Source: an uncultured Prevotellaceae bacterium
GTDB lineage: Bacteria; Bacteroidota; Bacteroidia; Bacteroidales; Bacteroidaceae
Assembly (NCBI GenBank): GCA_900315455.1
Contig: OMZE01000007.1
Location: 46,447-110,446, forward strand
Reading direction: 5' to 3'
DNA: 64,000 nucleotides
Both the position numbers and the translations under genes were made by a program. The notes beneath the pieces are model-generated. The model was not told where the DNA came from, made no database searches, and worked only from the letters and a program-made list of their open reading frames with translations. Positions 1 to 10,785 of the stretch are shown piece by piece; positions within the stretch are counted from its first letter, which is position 1; the number at the start of each line of letters is the position of its first letter.

Positions 1-2
1 AT

Positions 3-536
3 GTGGACACCGACCAAATCATTCCGGCACGCTTCCTTAAGGCTACCGACAAGGACGGCTTCGGCGAAAACCTTTTCCGCGACTGGCGTTACAACGATGA
101 CGGCTCTCTCTGTAAGGACTTTGTGCTCAACGACCCCACTTATGGTGGCTGTATCCTTGTGGCAGGGAAGAATTTCGGGTCGGGCTCTTCACGCGAGCAT
201 GCAGCGTGGGCCATCGCCGGATATGGATTCAGGGTGGTCATCAGTTCGTTCTTTGCTGATATCCACAAGAACAACGAACTCAATAACTTCGTGCTGCCCG
301 TGGTGGTGACCGAGGCATTCCTTCAGGAACTTTTCGATACCATCGCAAAGAACCCGAAGGCTGAGGTGGAGGTTGACCTTCCCCGACAGACGGTCACCAA
401 CCTTACGACAAACCACAGCGAGCATTTCGACATCAACGGATACAAGAAACATTGCCTCATCAACGGACTCGATGACATTGATTTTCTGCTTCAACATTCC
501 GACAAGACAGTAAAATGGGAACTTCAGAACCGATAA
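3..536 (+). CDS. leuD: 3-isopropylmalate dehydratase small subunit (5'-truncated by window edge)
   Basis: DTDQIIPARFL and NFGSGSSREHAAWA motifs; in leu cluster. Confidence 0.97.
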   Translation: MDTDQIIPARFLKATDKDGFGENLFRDWRYNDDGSLCKDFVLNDPTYGGCILVAGKNFGSGSSREHAAWAIAGYGFRVVISSFFADIHKNNELNNFVLPVVVTEAFLQELFDTIAKNPKAEVEVDLPRQTVTNLTTNHSEHFDINGYKKHCLINGLDDIDFLLQHSDKTVKWELQNR

Positions 537-2092
537 GGATAGAGCCTTATACCCACCCCTTCGTGGAGATCATGGACACCACTCTTCGCGACGGCGAGCA
601 GACCAGTGGCGTGGCATTCCTGCCTCATGAGAAACTCATGATAGCACGGATGCTCATCAGTGAAATCAATGTCGACCGTGTTGAGGTGGCGTCGGCAAGG
701 GTTTCCGAGGGTGAGAAGGATGCCGTGAAGATGATTTGCCGATACGCCGAGAATGTAGGTATGCTCAAAAAAGTGGAAGTACTGGGCTTCGTCGACGGAC
801 AGCAGTCCATCGACTGGATAAGCGACTGTGGCTGCCAGAATATCAATCTCTTGGCGAAAGGGTCGCTACGGCATTGCCAACAGCAACTTCACAAGACACC
901 ACAAGAGCATATCGATGATATCTTGAGGTCGCTCGACTATGCCGACAGCCGACAGATGGGGGTGAATCTCTATCTGGAGGACTGGAGCAGCGGCATGACC
1001 GATTCGCCTGATTATATCTACCATCTTATGGACAGGCTCGTCGAGACCAATATCCTGAGGTTCATGCTTCCCGATACTTTGGGCATCACCAACCCATTGC
1101 AGGTCATCGAGTTCTTTAGGAAGATGCGGAAACGCTATCCCAACGTGCATTTCGATTTCCATGCACACAACGACTACGACCTGGCGGTATCGAACACCCT
1201 CGCTGCCGTGCTCTGTGGTGCCAAGGGCGTGCACGTCACTGTCAACGGCTTGGGAGAGCGGTGCGGCAATGCCCCGCTGGCCAGTGTGCAGGTGATTCTC
1301 AAGGACCAGTTCCAGGCGCTCACCAATATCCATGAAGACAAACTCAACGACATTGGCCGTCTGGTAGAGGAATACAGTGGCATCGCCATCTCGCCCAACC
1401 AGCCTATCGTGGGCGACAATGTCTTTACGCAAGTAGCGGGAGTGCATGCCGACGGCGACCATAAAGACAGACTCTACTTCAATCCCCTTGTGCCGGAGCG
1501 CTTCGGGCGCCGGCGGGAGTATGCTCTTGGGAAAAACAGTGGGAAGGCCAACATCGAACTCAACTTACAGGAACTCGGACTGCAACTTTCGCCCGAACAG
1601 ATGGCGAAGGTGCTGAAACGCATCACCGAATTGGGCGACCGCAAGGAAATCGTGACCCAAGACGACCTGCCTTATATTGTCAACGATGTGCTTAAGCATA
1701 CCACATCCGAAGAAAAGGTGAAATTGGTGAGTTATATGGTGTGCTCCTCTTATGGGTTGAGTCCCATCGCCAGCATCAAGGTGGAAATCAACGGCCAGCA
1801 GTATGCCTCCGATGCTACAGGAGACGGTCAGTACGACGCCTTTGTAAAGGCATTGAGGAAAATCTACAAGACCTACCTCGACCGCACCTTCCCCATCCTC
1901 GCCAACTATGCGGTGACCATCCCCCCAGGTGGACGCACCGATGCTCTCGTGCAGACGGTTATCACATGGCGTAATGGCGATAAGATCATCCGTACCCGCG
2001 GACTGGATGCCGACCAGACCGCCGCAGCCATCAAAGCCACCTTCCGCATGCTCAACATATTTGAAGAGCAGCAAGGTGAAGAAACTCCGTAA
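515..2092 (+). CDS. cimA: LeuA-family synthase with C-terminal regulatory domain, probably citramalate synthase
   Basis: DTTLRDGEQ, HAHND and GLGERCGN motifs; position between leuD and leuB is typical of Bacteroidales cimA. Confidence 0.8.
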   Translation: MGTSEPIRIEPYTHPFVEIMDTTLRDGEQTSGVAFLPHEKLMIARMLISEINVDRVEVASARVSEGEKDAVKMICRYAENVGMLKKVEVLGFVDGQQSIDWISDCGCQNINLLAKGSLRHCQQQLHKTPQEHIDDILRSLDYADSRQMGVNLYLEDWSSGMTDSPDYIYHLMDRLVETNILRFMLPDTLGITNPLQVIEFFRKMRKRYPNVHFDFHAHNDYDLAVSNTLAAVLCGAKGVHVTVNGLGERCGNAPLASVQVILKDQFQALTNIHEDKLNDIGRLVEEYSGIAISPNQPIVGDNVFTQVAGVHADGDHKDRLYFNPLVPERFGRRREYALGKNSGKANIELNLQELGLQLSPEQMAKVLKRITELGDRKEIVTQDDLPYIVNDVLKHTTSEEKVKLVSYMVCSSYGLSPIASIKVEINGQQYASDATGDGQYDAFVKALRKIYKTYLDRTFPILANYAVTIPPGGRTDALVQTVITWRNGDKIIRTRGLDADQTAAAIKATFRMLNIFEEQQGEETP

Positions 2093-2098
2093 ATGCTA

Positions 2099-2134
2099 CC
2101 TATAGTTCCTATAGTCCCTATAGTTTCTATAAAT
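2099..2134. repeat. 9-bp tandem repeat (CCTATAGTY, 4 units)
   Basis: cctatagtt cctatagtc cctatagtt tctataaat between cimA and leuB. Confidence 0.85.
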
Positions 2135-2158
2135 AATCCCCAAAAACCATATATCCTT

Positions 2159-3220
2159 ATGAAATTGAAAATTGCTATATTGCCAGGCGACGGCATCGGC
2201 CCTGAGATCATGCGTCAGGGCGTGGCTGTCATGAACGCTGTGGCCGAGAAATTCGGTCACGAAGTGGAATACAAAGAAGCCATCTGCGGTGCAGATGCCA
2301 TCGATAAGGTGGGAGACCCTTTCCCTGAGTCTACTTTCCAGACATGTCTTGAGGCAGACGCCGTACTCTTTGCAGCGGTGGGGCATCCCAAGTACGACAA
2401 TGACCCCACGGCGCCTGTACGCCCCGAGCAGGGGTTGCTCGCCATGCGCAAGAAACTCGGTCTCTTTGCCAACATCCGTCCTATACAGACTTTCAAATGT
2501 CTCTTGCATAAGAGCCCGCTGAGGGCAGAACTGGTAGATGGTGCCGACTTCATCTGCATCCGTGAACTTACCGGAGGAATGTATTTCGGTGAGAAGTATC
2601 AAGACAACGACGTGGCTTATGATACCAACTACTATACCCGTCCAGAGGTGGAGCGTATACTGAAAGTGGGATTCGACTATGCCAGGAGCAGGAAACACCA
2701 CCTCACTGTTGTCGATAAGGCCAACGTGCTGGCATCGAGCCGTCTGTGGCGCCAGATAGCCAAGGAAATGGAACCTCTGTATCCTGATGTGACCGTCGAC
2801 TATATGTTCGTCGACAATGCATCGATGCGTATGATTGCTGAACCTACCTTCTTCGACGTGATGGTGACTGAGAATACCTTTGGCGACATCCTCACTGATG
2901 AGGGGAGTTGCATCTCAGGGTCGATGGGACTGCTCCCTTCGGCTTCCATAGGAGAACATACACCATTGTTTGAACCCGTTCATGGCTCATGGCCTCAGGC
3001 AACGGGCCTGAATATTGCCAACCCCTTGGCACAGATTCTGTCGGTGGCGATGATGCTCGAGCATTTCGGTTTGAACGAAGAGGGGGCTCTCGTGAGGAGG
3101 GCTGTGGATGCCAGCCTTGATGCTTATGTCCGTACACCTGAGATTCAGGTAGAGGGGGGCGAGCACTATGGCACACGCGAGGTAGGCGAGTGGATAGTCG
3201 ACTGGATAAAGAAGGCATGA
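2159..3220 (+). CDS. leuB: 3-isopropylmalate dehydrogenase
   Basis: [16 protein letters not shown] start, [21 protein letters not shown]; ATG 2159 chosen because the upstream extension is translated repeat. Confidence 0.97.
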   Translation: MKLKIAILPGDGIGPEIMRQGVAVMNAVAEKFGHEVEYKEAICGADAIDKVGDPFPESTFQTCLEADAVLFAAVGHPKYDNDPTAPVRPEQGLLAMRKKLGLFANIRPIQTFKCLLHKSPLRAELVDGADFICIRELTGGMYFGEKYQDNDVAYDTNYYTRPEVERILKVGFDYARSRKHHLTVVDKANVLASSRLWRQIAKEMEPLYPDVTVDYMFVDNASMRMIAEPTFFDVMVTENTFGDILTDEGSCISGSMGLLPSASIGEHTPLFEPVHGSWPQATGLNIANPLAQILSVAMMLEHFGLNEEGALVRRAVDASLDAYVRTPEIQVEGGEHYGTREVGEWIVDWIKKA

Positions 3221-3957
3221 TGGGAATGTTGTTCTTGTTCTCTCGTGTCGCAAAACAGATGGAGAGCAGTGAGATGCGAAGAGGACTTCAAATAGTGTTG
3301 CTCGCGTTGGCGTTGTGCTTCGCTCCTCGTGCTCAGGCCCAGACCTATGAGGAGATGCGCGACTCTTTGGAGGCTGCTGTGAAACTGTTGGAGAAATTCC
3401 CTGAAGACAATAACCTAAGACTGAAGAAAGCATCATGGAATTTGTTGCTCGAACAGTGGGAGTATGCCAAACGCGAATATGATATCGTGCTCGACAGAGA
3501 CCCGCGCAATGTGGCGGCTCTCTATTACAGGGCTTATGTCAACGAGAAACTCCATCGGTATAAGTTTGCCAGGAAAGACTACGAGGATATGCTTGCCATC
3601 GTCCCCGGTGACTTCAACGGACAACTCGGTCTTGCTCTCCTCCTCCAAAAAGACTTGCGCTACACCGAGGCGATGAACCGCATCAATCATCTGGTAGAGC
3701 AATATCCCGACCATGCGGTGGCATATGCTGCGAGGGCGGGGATGGAGAGTGAACGGGGAATGCTTGAACTGGCAGAATATGATTTCACTGAGGCCATGCG
3801 GCTCGATCCCGACAACACTGACTTCATCATCAACCGTGCCGACGTGCGTATCAGGATGCAGCATATGGAAGATGCCCGAAAAGACCTCGATCTGGCAGTG
3901 GAGAAGGGTGTCTCACGACCCGCCCTGGCCGACCTCTATGCCCGCTGCCGGAAATGA
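3217..3957 (+). CDS. Exported tetratricopeptide-repeat protein
   Basis: Signal-like segment ending AQA, TPR periodicity; ATGA overlap with leuB stop (alternative start 3274). Confidence 0.85.
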   Translation: MMGMLFLFSRVAKQMESSEMRRGLQIVLLALALCFAPRAQAQTYEEMRDSLEAAVKLLEKFPEDNNLRLKKASWNLLLEQWEYAKREYDIVLDRDPRNVAALYYRAYVNEKLHRYKFARKDYEDMLAIVPGDFNGQLGLALLLQKDLRYTEAMNRINHLVEQYPDHAVAYAARAGMESERGMLELAEYDFTEAMRLDPDNTDFIINRADVRIRMQHMEDARKDLDLAVEKGVSRPALADLYARCRK

Positions 3958-3986
3958 TAATGACAAGTGAGTAAATTATTAGGGAC

Positions 3987-4031
3987 GCCAAAGTCCCTAA
4001 GGTTCCTAAATACCCTAAAGCCCCAAAGGCC
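3987..4031. repeat. 9-bp degenerate tandem repeat (CCTAARnnn, 5 units)
   Basis: gccaaagtc cctaaggtt cctaaatac cctaaagcc ccaaaggcc; also hairpin ttagggac/gtccctaa at 3979-4000 between convergent genes. Confidence 0.75.
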
Positions 4032-4805
4032 TTAGGGTGTTTTTTTGCTCTCGAGCCAGTGGTCGATGAGACGACGGGCTATTGATAGTTTCTCGGGTAT
4101 CTCGGGCAGCGCATCATACCTGAACCATCCTCCTTTCGACAACTCAGAGCGTTGCAGGCGCAATTCCCCGCCGGCATACTCTGCCGTGAACCCTACCATC
4201 AGTCCGCAGGGGTAGGGCCATGGCTGACTGGCAAAATACCGCAGATGGTGAATCTCGATGCCTGTCTCTTCATGCACCTCACGCACCACGGCCTCCTCGA
4301 GCGTCTCGCCGGTCTCCACGAAACCTGCTACCAGTCCGTAGAAATCTCGTCGGAAATTGCGCGCGTGAACAAGAAGCACCTCGTCGCCCTTGCTAATCAG
4401 GCAGATGACGGCGGTAGCCAACTGCGGCCATACCTCCTTGCCGCATTGCGTGCAGCGCTTGGAGATGTCGGTGTGCAGGCGCATCTCGCCACCACACACA
4501 CCACAGAATTTGGTGGTGCTGTCCCAATAGAGGATTTCATGACTCTTTCCTGCTGCCAGATAGTGAGCCATGGGCAGATAGCCATACGACTCGCGCAGTT
4601 CGCACATCACATATCGGCTGTTGCCCACTGGGTGGTCGATGGCATAGGCCATCGCATCGGCTCCATCGATTTGCGTGATGTGGTGGATGGTGGTCCAGGG
4701 CTTCACCTCCACGGGAGGCTCTTCTTGGAAAGGTACACTAAGTGTGCCATCTACATGGCTCTCGAGCAGTAAGCCCGACTTGCAGAAAACAAACCAGTAT
4801 TTCAT
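4032..4805 (-). CDS. nudC: NAD(+) diphosphatase NudC
   Basis: Zn ribbon CGVC/CTQC, Nudix box GFVETGETLEEAVVREVHEETG, SQPWPYP signature. Confidence 0.95.
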   Translation of the reverse strand: MKYWFVFCKSGLLLESHVDGTLSVPFQEEPPVEVKPWTTIHHITQIDGADAMAYAIDHPVGNSRYVMCELRESYGYLPMAHYLAAGKSHEILYWDSTTKFCGVCGGEMRLHTDISKRCTQCGKEVWPQLATAVICLISKGDEVLLVHARNFRRDFYGLVAGFVETGETLEEAVVREVHEETGIEIHHLRYFASQPWPYPCGLMVGFTAEYAGGELRLQRSELSKGGWFRYDALPEIPEKLSIARRLIDHWLESKKTP

Positions 4806-4840
4806 TGAGATTTGAGGTTTGAAATTTGAGATTTGTGGTT
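4806..4840. repeat. 7-bp tandem repeat (TGAGRTT, 5 units)
   Basis: tgagatt tgaggtt tgaaatt tgagatt tgtggtt abutting the nudC start codon. Confidence 0.8.
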
Positions 4841-4946
4841 TGGCCTCTGTGCAGATATTGATATTGGGTGCATCATTCTGTGGACTGTTCAGTCCTTTTT
4901 TAAGTCAACGAGGCACTGTTTTCGGCTTGCACGACCATTGGAGTCG

Positions 4947-4954
4947 CAAAAGTA
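4947..4954 (-). promoter_or_regulatory. Bacteroidetes -7 promoter element for nudC
   Basis: TACTTTTG on minus strand matches TAnnTTTG. Confidence 0.55.
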
Positions 4955-4990
4955 CCGATAATTTTGCAAAGTCATGAAGAAACGCATGAT

Positions 4991-5018
4991 TTTCATCTTC
5001 CATCTTTCATTTTTCATC
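4991..5018. repeat. 7-bp tandem repeat (TTTCATC, 4 units)
   Basis: tttcatc ttccatc tttcatt tttcatc. Confidence 0.7.
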
Positions 5019-5090
5019 AGGCAAAGCCCGAAATACCACTACTTTCTCCTTTTTTAAGGTTTTTTATTTCTTCGTTCAACAAAATTTTCC

Positions 5091-5098
5091 TATTTTTG
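5091..5098 (+). promoter_or_regulatory. Bacteroidetes -7 promoter element for kdgK-eda
   Basis: TATTTTTG upstream of kdgK. Confidence 0.55.
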
Positions 5099-5212
5099 TA
5101 AGTCAATTGCAAAAAGGTCTTTTTTAAAGGCTCAAGAATACTTGCGGTTGACAAATATAATGATGGAAATTCAAACATCAATTAATCTAATAAAATAATC
5201 AAAATTCAAAAA

Positions 5213-6238
5213 ATGGCAAAAGTTGTAACATTGGGCGAGATCATGCTTCGCCTCTCATCTCCAGGTCAAAAGAGATTCATCCAGAGTGATTTTTTCGATG
5301 TCGTTTATGGCGGCGGCGAGGCTAACGTGGCTGTTAGCGCAGCCAACTACGGGCACGAGGCTTACTTCGTTACCAAACTGCCCAAACATGAGATAGGACA
5401 GTGCGCTGTCAACGCGTTGCGCAGATTTGGGGTGAAGACCGACTATATCACACGTGGCGGAAACCGTGTGGGTATCTACTTCCTCGAGACAGGTGCCTCG
5501 ATGCGTCCTTCGAAAGTCATCTACGACCGTGCCGGCAGTGCCATAGCAGAGGCCGACCCTGAGGACTTCGACTTCGACAAAATCATGGAGGGCGCACAGT
5601 GGTTCCACTGGAGCGGCATCACACCGGCTATCAGCGACAAGGCTGCCGAACTTACCCGCCTTGCCTGTGAGGCTGCCAAGCGTCATGGCGTGACGGTAAG
5701 CGTCGACCTTAACTTCCGCAAGAAACTGTGGACGTCAGAGAAAGCCCAGAGCATCATGAAACCATTGATGAAATATGTTGATGTGTGCATCGGCAATGAA
5801 GAAGACGCTCAACTGTGTCTTGGATTCAAGCCCGAAGCCGATGTAGAAAGCGGCAAGACCGATGCCGAGGGCTACTACGGCATTTTCAAGGGCATGATGG
5901 AGACCTTCGGGTTCAAGTATGTGGTGAGTACGCTGCGTGAGTCGTTCTCAGCCTCTCACAACGGTTGGAAAGCCCTTATCTACAATGGTAAGGAATTCTA
6001 CCAGAGCAAACGCTACGATATCAATCCCATCATCGACCGCGTGGGTGGCGGCGACTCTTTCTCAGGTGGTCTTATCCACGGCCTGCTTACTTATCCCGAC
6101 AATCAGGGTAAGGCACTGGAGTTTGCTGTGGCAGCATCGGCCCTCAAGCACACTATCCCCGGCGATTTCAACCTCGTGTCGAAGGAAGAGGTAGAGAACC
6201 TCGCCGGCGGCGACGCTTCCGGACGCGTGCAAAGATAA
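5213..6238 (+). CDS. kdgK: 2-dehydro-3-deoxygluconokinase (PfkB family)
   Basis: GEIMLRLS, GGGEANVA, DRVGGGDSF; adjacent to eda. Confidence 0.93.
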   Translation: MAKVVTLGEIMLRLSSPGQKRFIQSDFFDVVYGGGEANVAVSAANYGHEAYFVTKLPKHEIGQCAVNALRRFGVKTDYITRGGNRVGIYFLETGASMRPSKVIYDRAGSAIAEADPEDFDFDKIMEGAQWFHWSGITPAISDKAAELTRLACEAAKRHGVTVSVDLNFRKKLWTSEKAQSIMKPLMKYVDVCIGNEEDAQLCLGFKPEADVESGKTDAEGYYGIFKGMMETFGFKYVVSTLRESFSASHNGWKALIYNGKEFYQSKRYDINPIIDRVGGGDSFSGGLIHGLLTYPDNQGKALEFAVAASALKHTIPGDFNLVSKEEVENLAGGDASGRVQR

Positions 6239-6248
6239 TGAGGAAACG

Positions 6249-6284
6249 CTAGAATCTCTAGAAAATCTAGAATCTCTAGTTCAT
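6249..6284. repeat. 9-bp tandem repeat (CTAGAAnnT, 4 units)
   Basis: ctagaatct ctagaaaat ctagaatct ctagttcat. Confidence 0.8.
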
Positions 6285-6307
6285 CTACAAAAAAAAAGAA
6301 TAGCAAA

Positions 6308-6979
6308 ATGGCAAGATTCAATAAAGTACAGGTCATCACGGCGATGCATGCCACAGGCATGGTGCCCGTGTTCTATCACCAGGACCCAGAAGTGGTGAAA
6401 AATGTGGTTAAGGCATGCTACGACGGTGGTGTGAGAGTGTTTGAGTTCACCAACCGTGGCGACTATGCCCATGAGGTGTTTGCCGAAGTGAACAAATGGG
6501 TGGCTGAAAACTGCCCTGAGATGATTATGGGTGTGGGTACCGTCATCGACCCTGCCACGGCAGCGCTCTATCTGCAACTGGGAGCCAACTTCATCGTGGG
6601 TCCCAACTTCAACCCCGCCATCTGCGAGGTGTGCAACCGCCGCCTGGTGCCTTACAGCCCGGGATGTGGGTCGGTGAGCGAAATCAACAACGCGCAGGCC
6701 ATGGGCTGCGATGTCACCAAGGTCTTCCCCGCCGGCAACGTCGGTGGACCTTCTTTCGTCAAGAATGTGATGGCACCACTCCGCTGGTCGAATATCATGG
6801 TGACAGGTGGCGTGTCGCCCGATGAAGAGAACCTCACCAACTGGATTAAGGCTGGTGTGCTCTGTGTGGGAATGGGCTCGAAACTCTTCCCCAAAGAGGT
6901 AGTGGCAGCCAAGAACTGGAAGGCTGTATCTGATAAATGTGCCGAAGCATTGGGATATATTGCCAAGGCTCGCGGATAA
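6308..6979 (+). CDS. eda: KHG/KDPG aldolase
   Basis: EFTNRG, GVGTV, KVFPA, TGGV motifs. Confidence 0.93.
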   Translation: MARFNKVQVITAMHATGMVPVFYHQDPEVVKNVVKACYDGGVRVFEFTNRGDYAHEVFAEVNKWVAENCPEMIMGVGTVIDPATAALYLQLGANFIVGPNFNPAICEVCNRRLVPYSPGCGSVSEINNAQAMGCDVTKVFPAGNVGGPSFVKNVMAPLRWSNIMVTGGVSPDEENLTNWIKAGVLCVGMGSKLFPKEVVAAKNWKAVSDKCAEALGYIAKARG

Positions 6980-7084
6980 TTTTTCTCCCGTTTACTGTCC
7001 CTTCTGCCCTTAGCATGCTACCCTGAATGGGGAAGGCTGCGCTAATATGGCAAAAGGGACAGTTGCGGTGATAACAGTACATAC

Positions 7085-10000
7085 ATGAGAAATCACAGAG
7101 ACAACCATATCGCCAATTTAGTGCAAGGAGGACACCTCATTGCCTCTCGGCTGTGTCTCTGTGATGGACACCATTCTTGGTGGCGATGCAGGCATGTCAT
7201 GCTGGCTTTAATTCTTATGCTTTCAGGCTGTTCGCGCATCAATGTGGGGCGTGTCGACAGTGATAACGAGAGGGCATATGATTTCCATTACAAAAATCTT
7301 GACTCCACACTCTTTTTTGCCCAAAAGGCAGCAAACGGGGCGGCACGCTATGACGGCGGACTGGCAGAGGCTTTCAACAACAAGGCGTTTGTGAGCATTG
7401 CCCGTATGCAGTACGACCTGGCGGCACGCCAACTCGATTCTGTCGACTTGGTCACCGACAACCAGGTGGAGTTGCTCATCGCCGACGTCCAGCGCATGCG
7501 CTTGTGCCAGCGTCAGTCGCGCAACAAGGATTTCTATACTTATAGAGGCAATGCGCTGGCACGCATGAAACGCATTGCTGAGGATGAGCAGATGCTCAAC
7601 CTTCACCAACGACTGCGGATGACCTACGCCAAGTCGGAGTTTGATATCGTCACCTCAACCTATTATTATTATGTGGGCCTCGAACAGCCCTCCATCGAAG
7701 CCATAGAAAACATACAGCCCTATGGCGAAATCCAGCAAGACAAAGGCCAACTTCTCAATTATCTCTACAATATCGGTGCGGGAGGCATTCTCACACAGGG
7801 CACGCAAATGGAGGTGGCGCTGGAGGAGATGGACTATCTCGTCAGGTGCTATTTCATGGCAGTGGAGGGGGGATATGTGTTCTGGGAGGCCAACTCGCTC
7901 CAGGCAATGAGCGAGCATCTCCAGGTCGATGAGCACCGCTCAAGGATTCTCGAGAGTTTCCCTTCCATTCGCGAAATCAATGTAGAGAACTTGCCCGACA
8001 GTCTCTTGGCAGGGAATTTCGCCCTGCGTTCACTCCATATTTTCCAGCAGTATGGTGATGTCTACCAGGTGGCAGGCGCATACCGCACCCTTGCACAGTG
8101 CTATTGGCAAATAGGGGAGTATCAGCAGTCGCTCGACTGCCTGAACGACGCGCTCACCAAAGATACTGCCATCCAGCAGGCCCCCGACCTCGTGGCTTCC
8201 ATCCGTGAGCAACTGAGTGTGGTCTATGCCGCTCTCGACGACAAGGAGCAGAGCGACGTCAACCGCAACCTCTATCTCGACAAACAGGAACAGACACGCC
8301 AAGATCGTTATCTTGAGTCGCGAGCCGAACAGTTGAAGACTTCTGTCAGCCAACTCAACATGATGATTATTGCTATCCTCGTGCTGATGACGGCGGCAGT
8401 GGCTCTGATGTTCTTCTTCGCCTACATGAGGCGGAAGCGGTCGAAGGATAATTCTCTCGATGACCTCCTTCTGCCCCTTGCCAAGTGGAAGAGCGACAAT
8501 GAGACGTATATGGAACAACTCGATGAACAGTATGAGGAAATCATGGAACGGAAAGCCATGAGCGCACTTCATAAAGAGAACAACAAACGCCTCAACCTCG
8601 AGCAGAGGGCAAAGATATCGCTTGTCAACAACATCACTCCCTTCATCGACCGTATGCTGCATGAGATACATCGGCTCAATGCCCATGACGAGAATGCATC
8701 GACAAGAGAGGAGAGATACCAGTATATGGCGGAACTCACCGACCATATCATCGAATACAATGCCATCCTCACACAATGGATACAGTTGAGAAAGGGTGAA
8801 CTCAGTCTCCATATAGAGAGTTTCCCTGTTCAGGGACTCTTTGACATCGTATCCCGCGGTAGGGCGGGCTTTCAGTTGAAGAACATTAATCTCGATGTGC
8901 GCCCGTCGGAGTCGTGGGTGAAGGCCGACCGTATCCTCACCCTCTTCATGGTGAATACGCTGGCCGACAACGCGAGGAAGTTCACACCAGAGGGGGGAAG
9001 CGTCAGCATCTATGCCACCGATGCCGACACATTCGTGGAGATTTCGGTAAGCGACACGGGCGTGGGGATGACAGAGGAGCAGATGGCTTCTGCCTTTAAG
9101 GTGGAGATGAAGAATATCAGCGACGAGACGCTCTCTTCTGACAGACCCACAGAGCATACACAGACCGATCATGCTGAGCATGGTCATGGATTCGGATTGG
9201 TGAATTGCAAAGGCATCATCGAGAAGTACAAGAAAATCAGCACGCTGTTCAATGTCTGCGACATTGGCGTGGAGAGCAAGGTGGGGGAGGGTAGCCGCTT
9301 CTTCTTCCGCCTGCCGAAAGGTGTAGCCCGTGCCCTGATGGCACTGGCCCTGATGGCGACTTCGGCAACAGCAGGACAGGCCAATAGCGTGAGCAACATG
9401 CTCGAGAAAGCGGGTGCCATGGCCGACAGTGCCTATTACAGCAACGTGAAACGAAACCATCAGAAGGCACTCAACTTTGCCGACTCCACCCGGCAGTATC
9501 TCAATAAAGCATATCTTCTGATGGTGCCAGGTGGGGCGGATACGCTGGTGGCGGAGGGCGACAGCGCTTCGGCACAGGCCGAGATAGAATGGTATCACCT
9601 CCATCTGCCAATGAACTACGACATCATCCTCGACTTCCGCAACGAGGCGGCTGTCGCCGCACTGGCTTTGCATCAATGGTCGCTCTATAGATACAACAAC
9701 AAGGTGTATACCCAACTCTTCAAGGAGAAGTCGGCCGATACCACACTTGCCGACTACTGCAGCGTGATGCAGAAGTCGCAGTCAAACAAATACATGGCCA
9801 TCGCTATCTTGGTCATCTTGCTCGTGGTCATCCTCTTGGCCTATCTCTTGCTCTACTATAGGCACCAGGTGTATTACCGCTTCTGTCTCGACAGGGTCAT
9901 CGGCATCAACAAGGTGCTGGTATCCGACGATACCGACCAGAGAAAACTCGACAGAATCCGGACTCTTGCAGGCCATCCGTCAGAGGGAAAGGAAACTTCG

Positions 10001-10774
10001 AAGGGCAGGAAATCCATTTACCACGACGAGAAATTGCCTCCTGAACTTCAGACCGTGGCCGATCAGATCATCGAGACACTTCAGAAAGCCGTCGATAAGA
10101 ACAAGGAGCGGATGGTAGACATCGAATTGGCTAAAGACGATGTACGCAAGGGGGAATTTGAGAACGACAGACTCTATGTGTGCAACAGCGTGCTCGACAA
10201 TTGTCTCAGCACCTTGAAGCATGAGACCATGTATTTCCCATCCCGAATCCGCACTCTCATCGAGGGGGGAGACGACAACCTGCAGAACATCAGTGAGTTG
10301 GCTGATTACTATAAAATGCTCTATTCTCTCCTCAGTGCGCAGGCCATGCGTCAGGTGGAGAGCGTGAAACCCGACTGCGTGACAGTGAGCCTGCGGTCGC
10401 TGGTAAAAGACATAAGGATGGATGAACACGCCGACGTCCTGGTTCTTGGCGACGAACTCATGTTGCGCTATCTCTTCGAAATACTGCGCAAACAGGGTGG
10501 GGGAGAGAAACCCACGTTCACGGTGGCCGACAAGGACAGCCGTTATGTTACGCTCAGGGCGACATACCCAGGCATGCACCTCAATCACGAAGAGTGCCAT
10601 GAACTGTTCAATCCCTCCATGCACAACCTGCCTTTCCTCCTCTGCCGGCAAATTGTGCGCGATATCGGCAATTCTGCCAATGCCAGGGGGTGCGGCATCC
10701 TCGCCGAGCAAAACGATAACGGTGGCGTGGATATCGTCGTGACACTCGTCAAAAGCAAGAAACAACATCAATAA
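7085..10774 (+). CDS. Large membrane sensor histidine-kinase-like protein (DUF5112/DUF5113 type)
   Basis: Lipobox-like LSGC, TPR-like helices, three hydrophobic segments, HATPase boxes DNARKFT / SDTGVGM / GHGFGL; true start may be downstream. Confidence 0.85.
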   Translation: MRNHRDNHIANLVQGGHLIASRLCLCDGHHSWWRCRHVMLALILMLSGCSRINVGRVDSDNERAYDFHYKNLDSTLFFAQKAANGAARYDGGLAEAFNNKAFVSIARMQYDLAARQLDSVDLVTDNQVELLIADVQRMRLCQRQSRNKDFYTYRGNALARMKRIAEDEQMLNLHQRLRMTYAKSEFDIVTSTYYYYVGLEQPSIEAIENIQPYGEIQQDKGQLLNYLYNIGAGGILTQGTQMEVALEEMDYLVRCYFMAVEGGYVFWEANSLQAMSEHLQVDEHRSRILESFPSIREINVENLPDSLLAGNFALRSLHIFQQYGDVYQVAGAYRTLAQCYWQIGEYQQSLDCLNDALTKDTAIQQAPDLVASIREQLSVVYAALDDKEQSDVNRNLYLDKQEQTRQDRYLESRAEQLKTSVSQLNMMIIAILVLMTAAVALMFFFAYMRRKRSKDNSLDDLLLPLAKWKSDNETYMEQLDEQYEEIMERKAMSALHKENNKRLNLEQRAKISLVNNITPFIDRMLHEIHRLNAHDENASTREERYQYMAELTDHIIEYNAILTQWIQLRKGELSLHIESFPVQGLFDIVSRGRAGFQLKNINLDVRPSESWVKADRILTLFMVNTLADNARKFTPEGGSVSIYATDADTFVEISVSDTGVGMTEEQMASAFKVEMKNISDETLSSDRPTEHTQTDHAEHGHGFGLVNCKGIIEKYKKISTLFNVCDIGVESKVGEGSRFFFRLPKGVARALMALALMATSATAGQANSVSNMLEKAGAMADSAYYSNVKRNHQKALNFADSTRQYLNKAYLLMVPGGADTLVAEGDSASAQAEIEWYHLHLPMNYDIILDFRNEAAVAALALHQWSLYRYNNKVYTQLFKEKSADTTLADYCSVMQKSQSNKYMAIAILVILLVVILLAYLLLYYRHQVYYRFCLDRVIGINKVLVSDDTDQRKLDRIRTLAGHPSEGKETSKGRKSIYHDEKLPPELQTVADQIIETLQKAVDKNKERMVDIELAKDDVRKGEFENDRLYVCNSVLDNCLSTLKHETMYFPSRIRTLIEGGDDNLQNISELADYYKMLYSLLSAQAMRQVESVKPDCVTVSLRSLVKDIRMDEHADVLVLGDELMLRYLFEILRKQGGGEKPTFTVADKDSRYVTLRATYPGMHLNHEECHELFNPSMHNLPFLLCRQIVRDIGNSANARGCGILAEQNDNGGVDIVVTLVKSKKQHQ

Positions 10775-10785
10775 ATACTGATAAT

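Noticed and set aside
2093-2158. N-terminal extension of LeuB ([11 protein letters not shown]...)
   Set aside because: Translation of the 9-bp repeat; the conserved start is at 2159
8030-9715. 561-aa antisense ORF within the sensor kinase (also 33082-34434, 30097-31281, 14036-15112)
   Set aside because: Antisense shadows of well-supported genes
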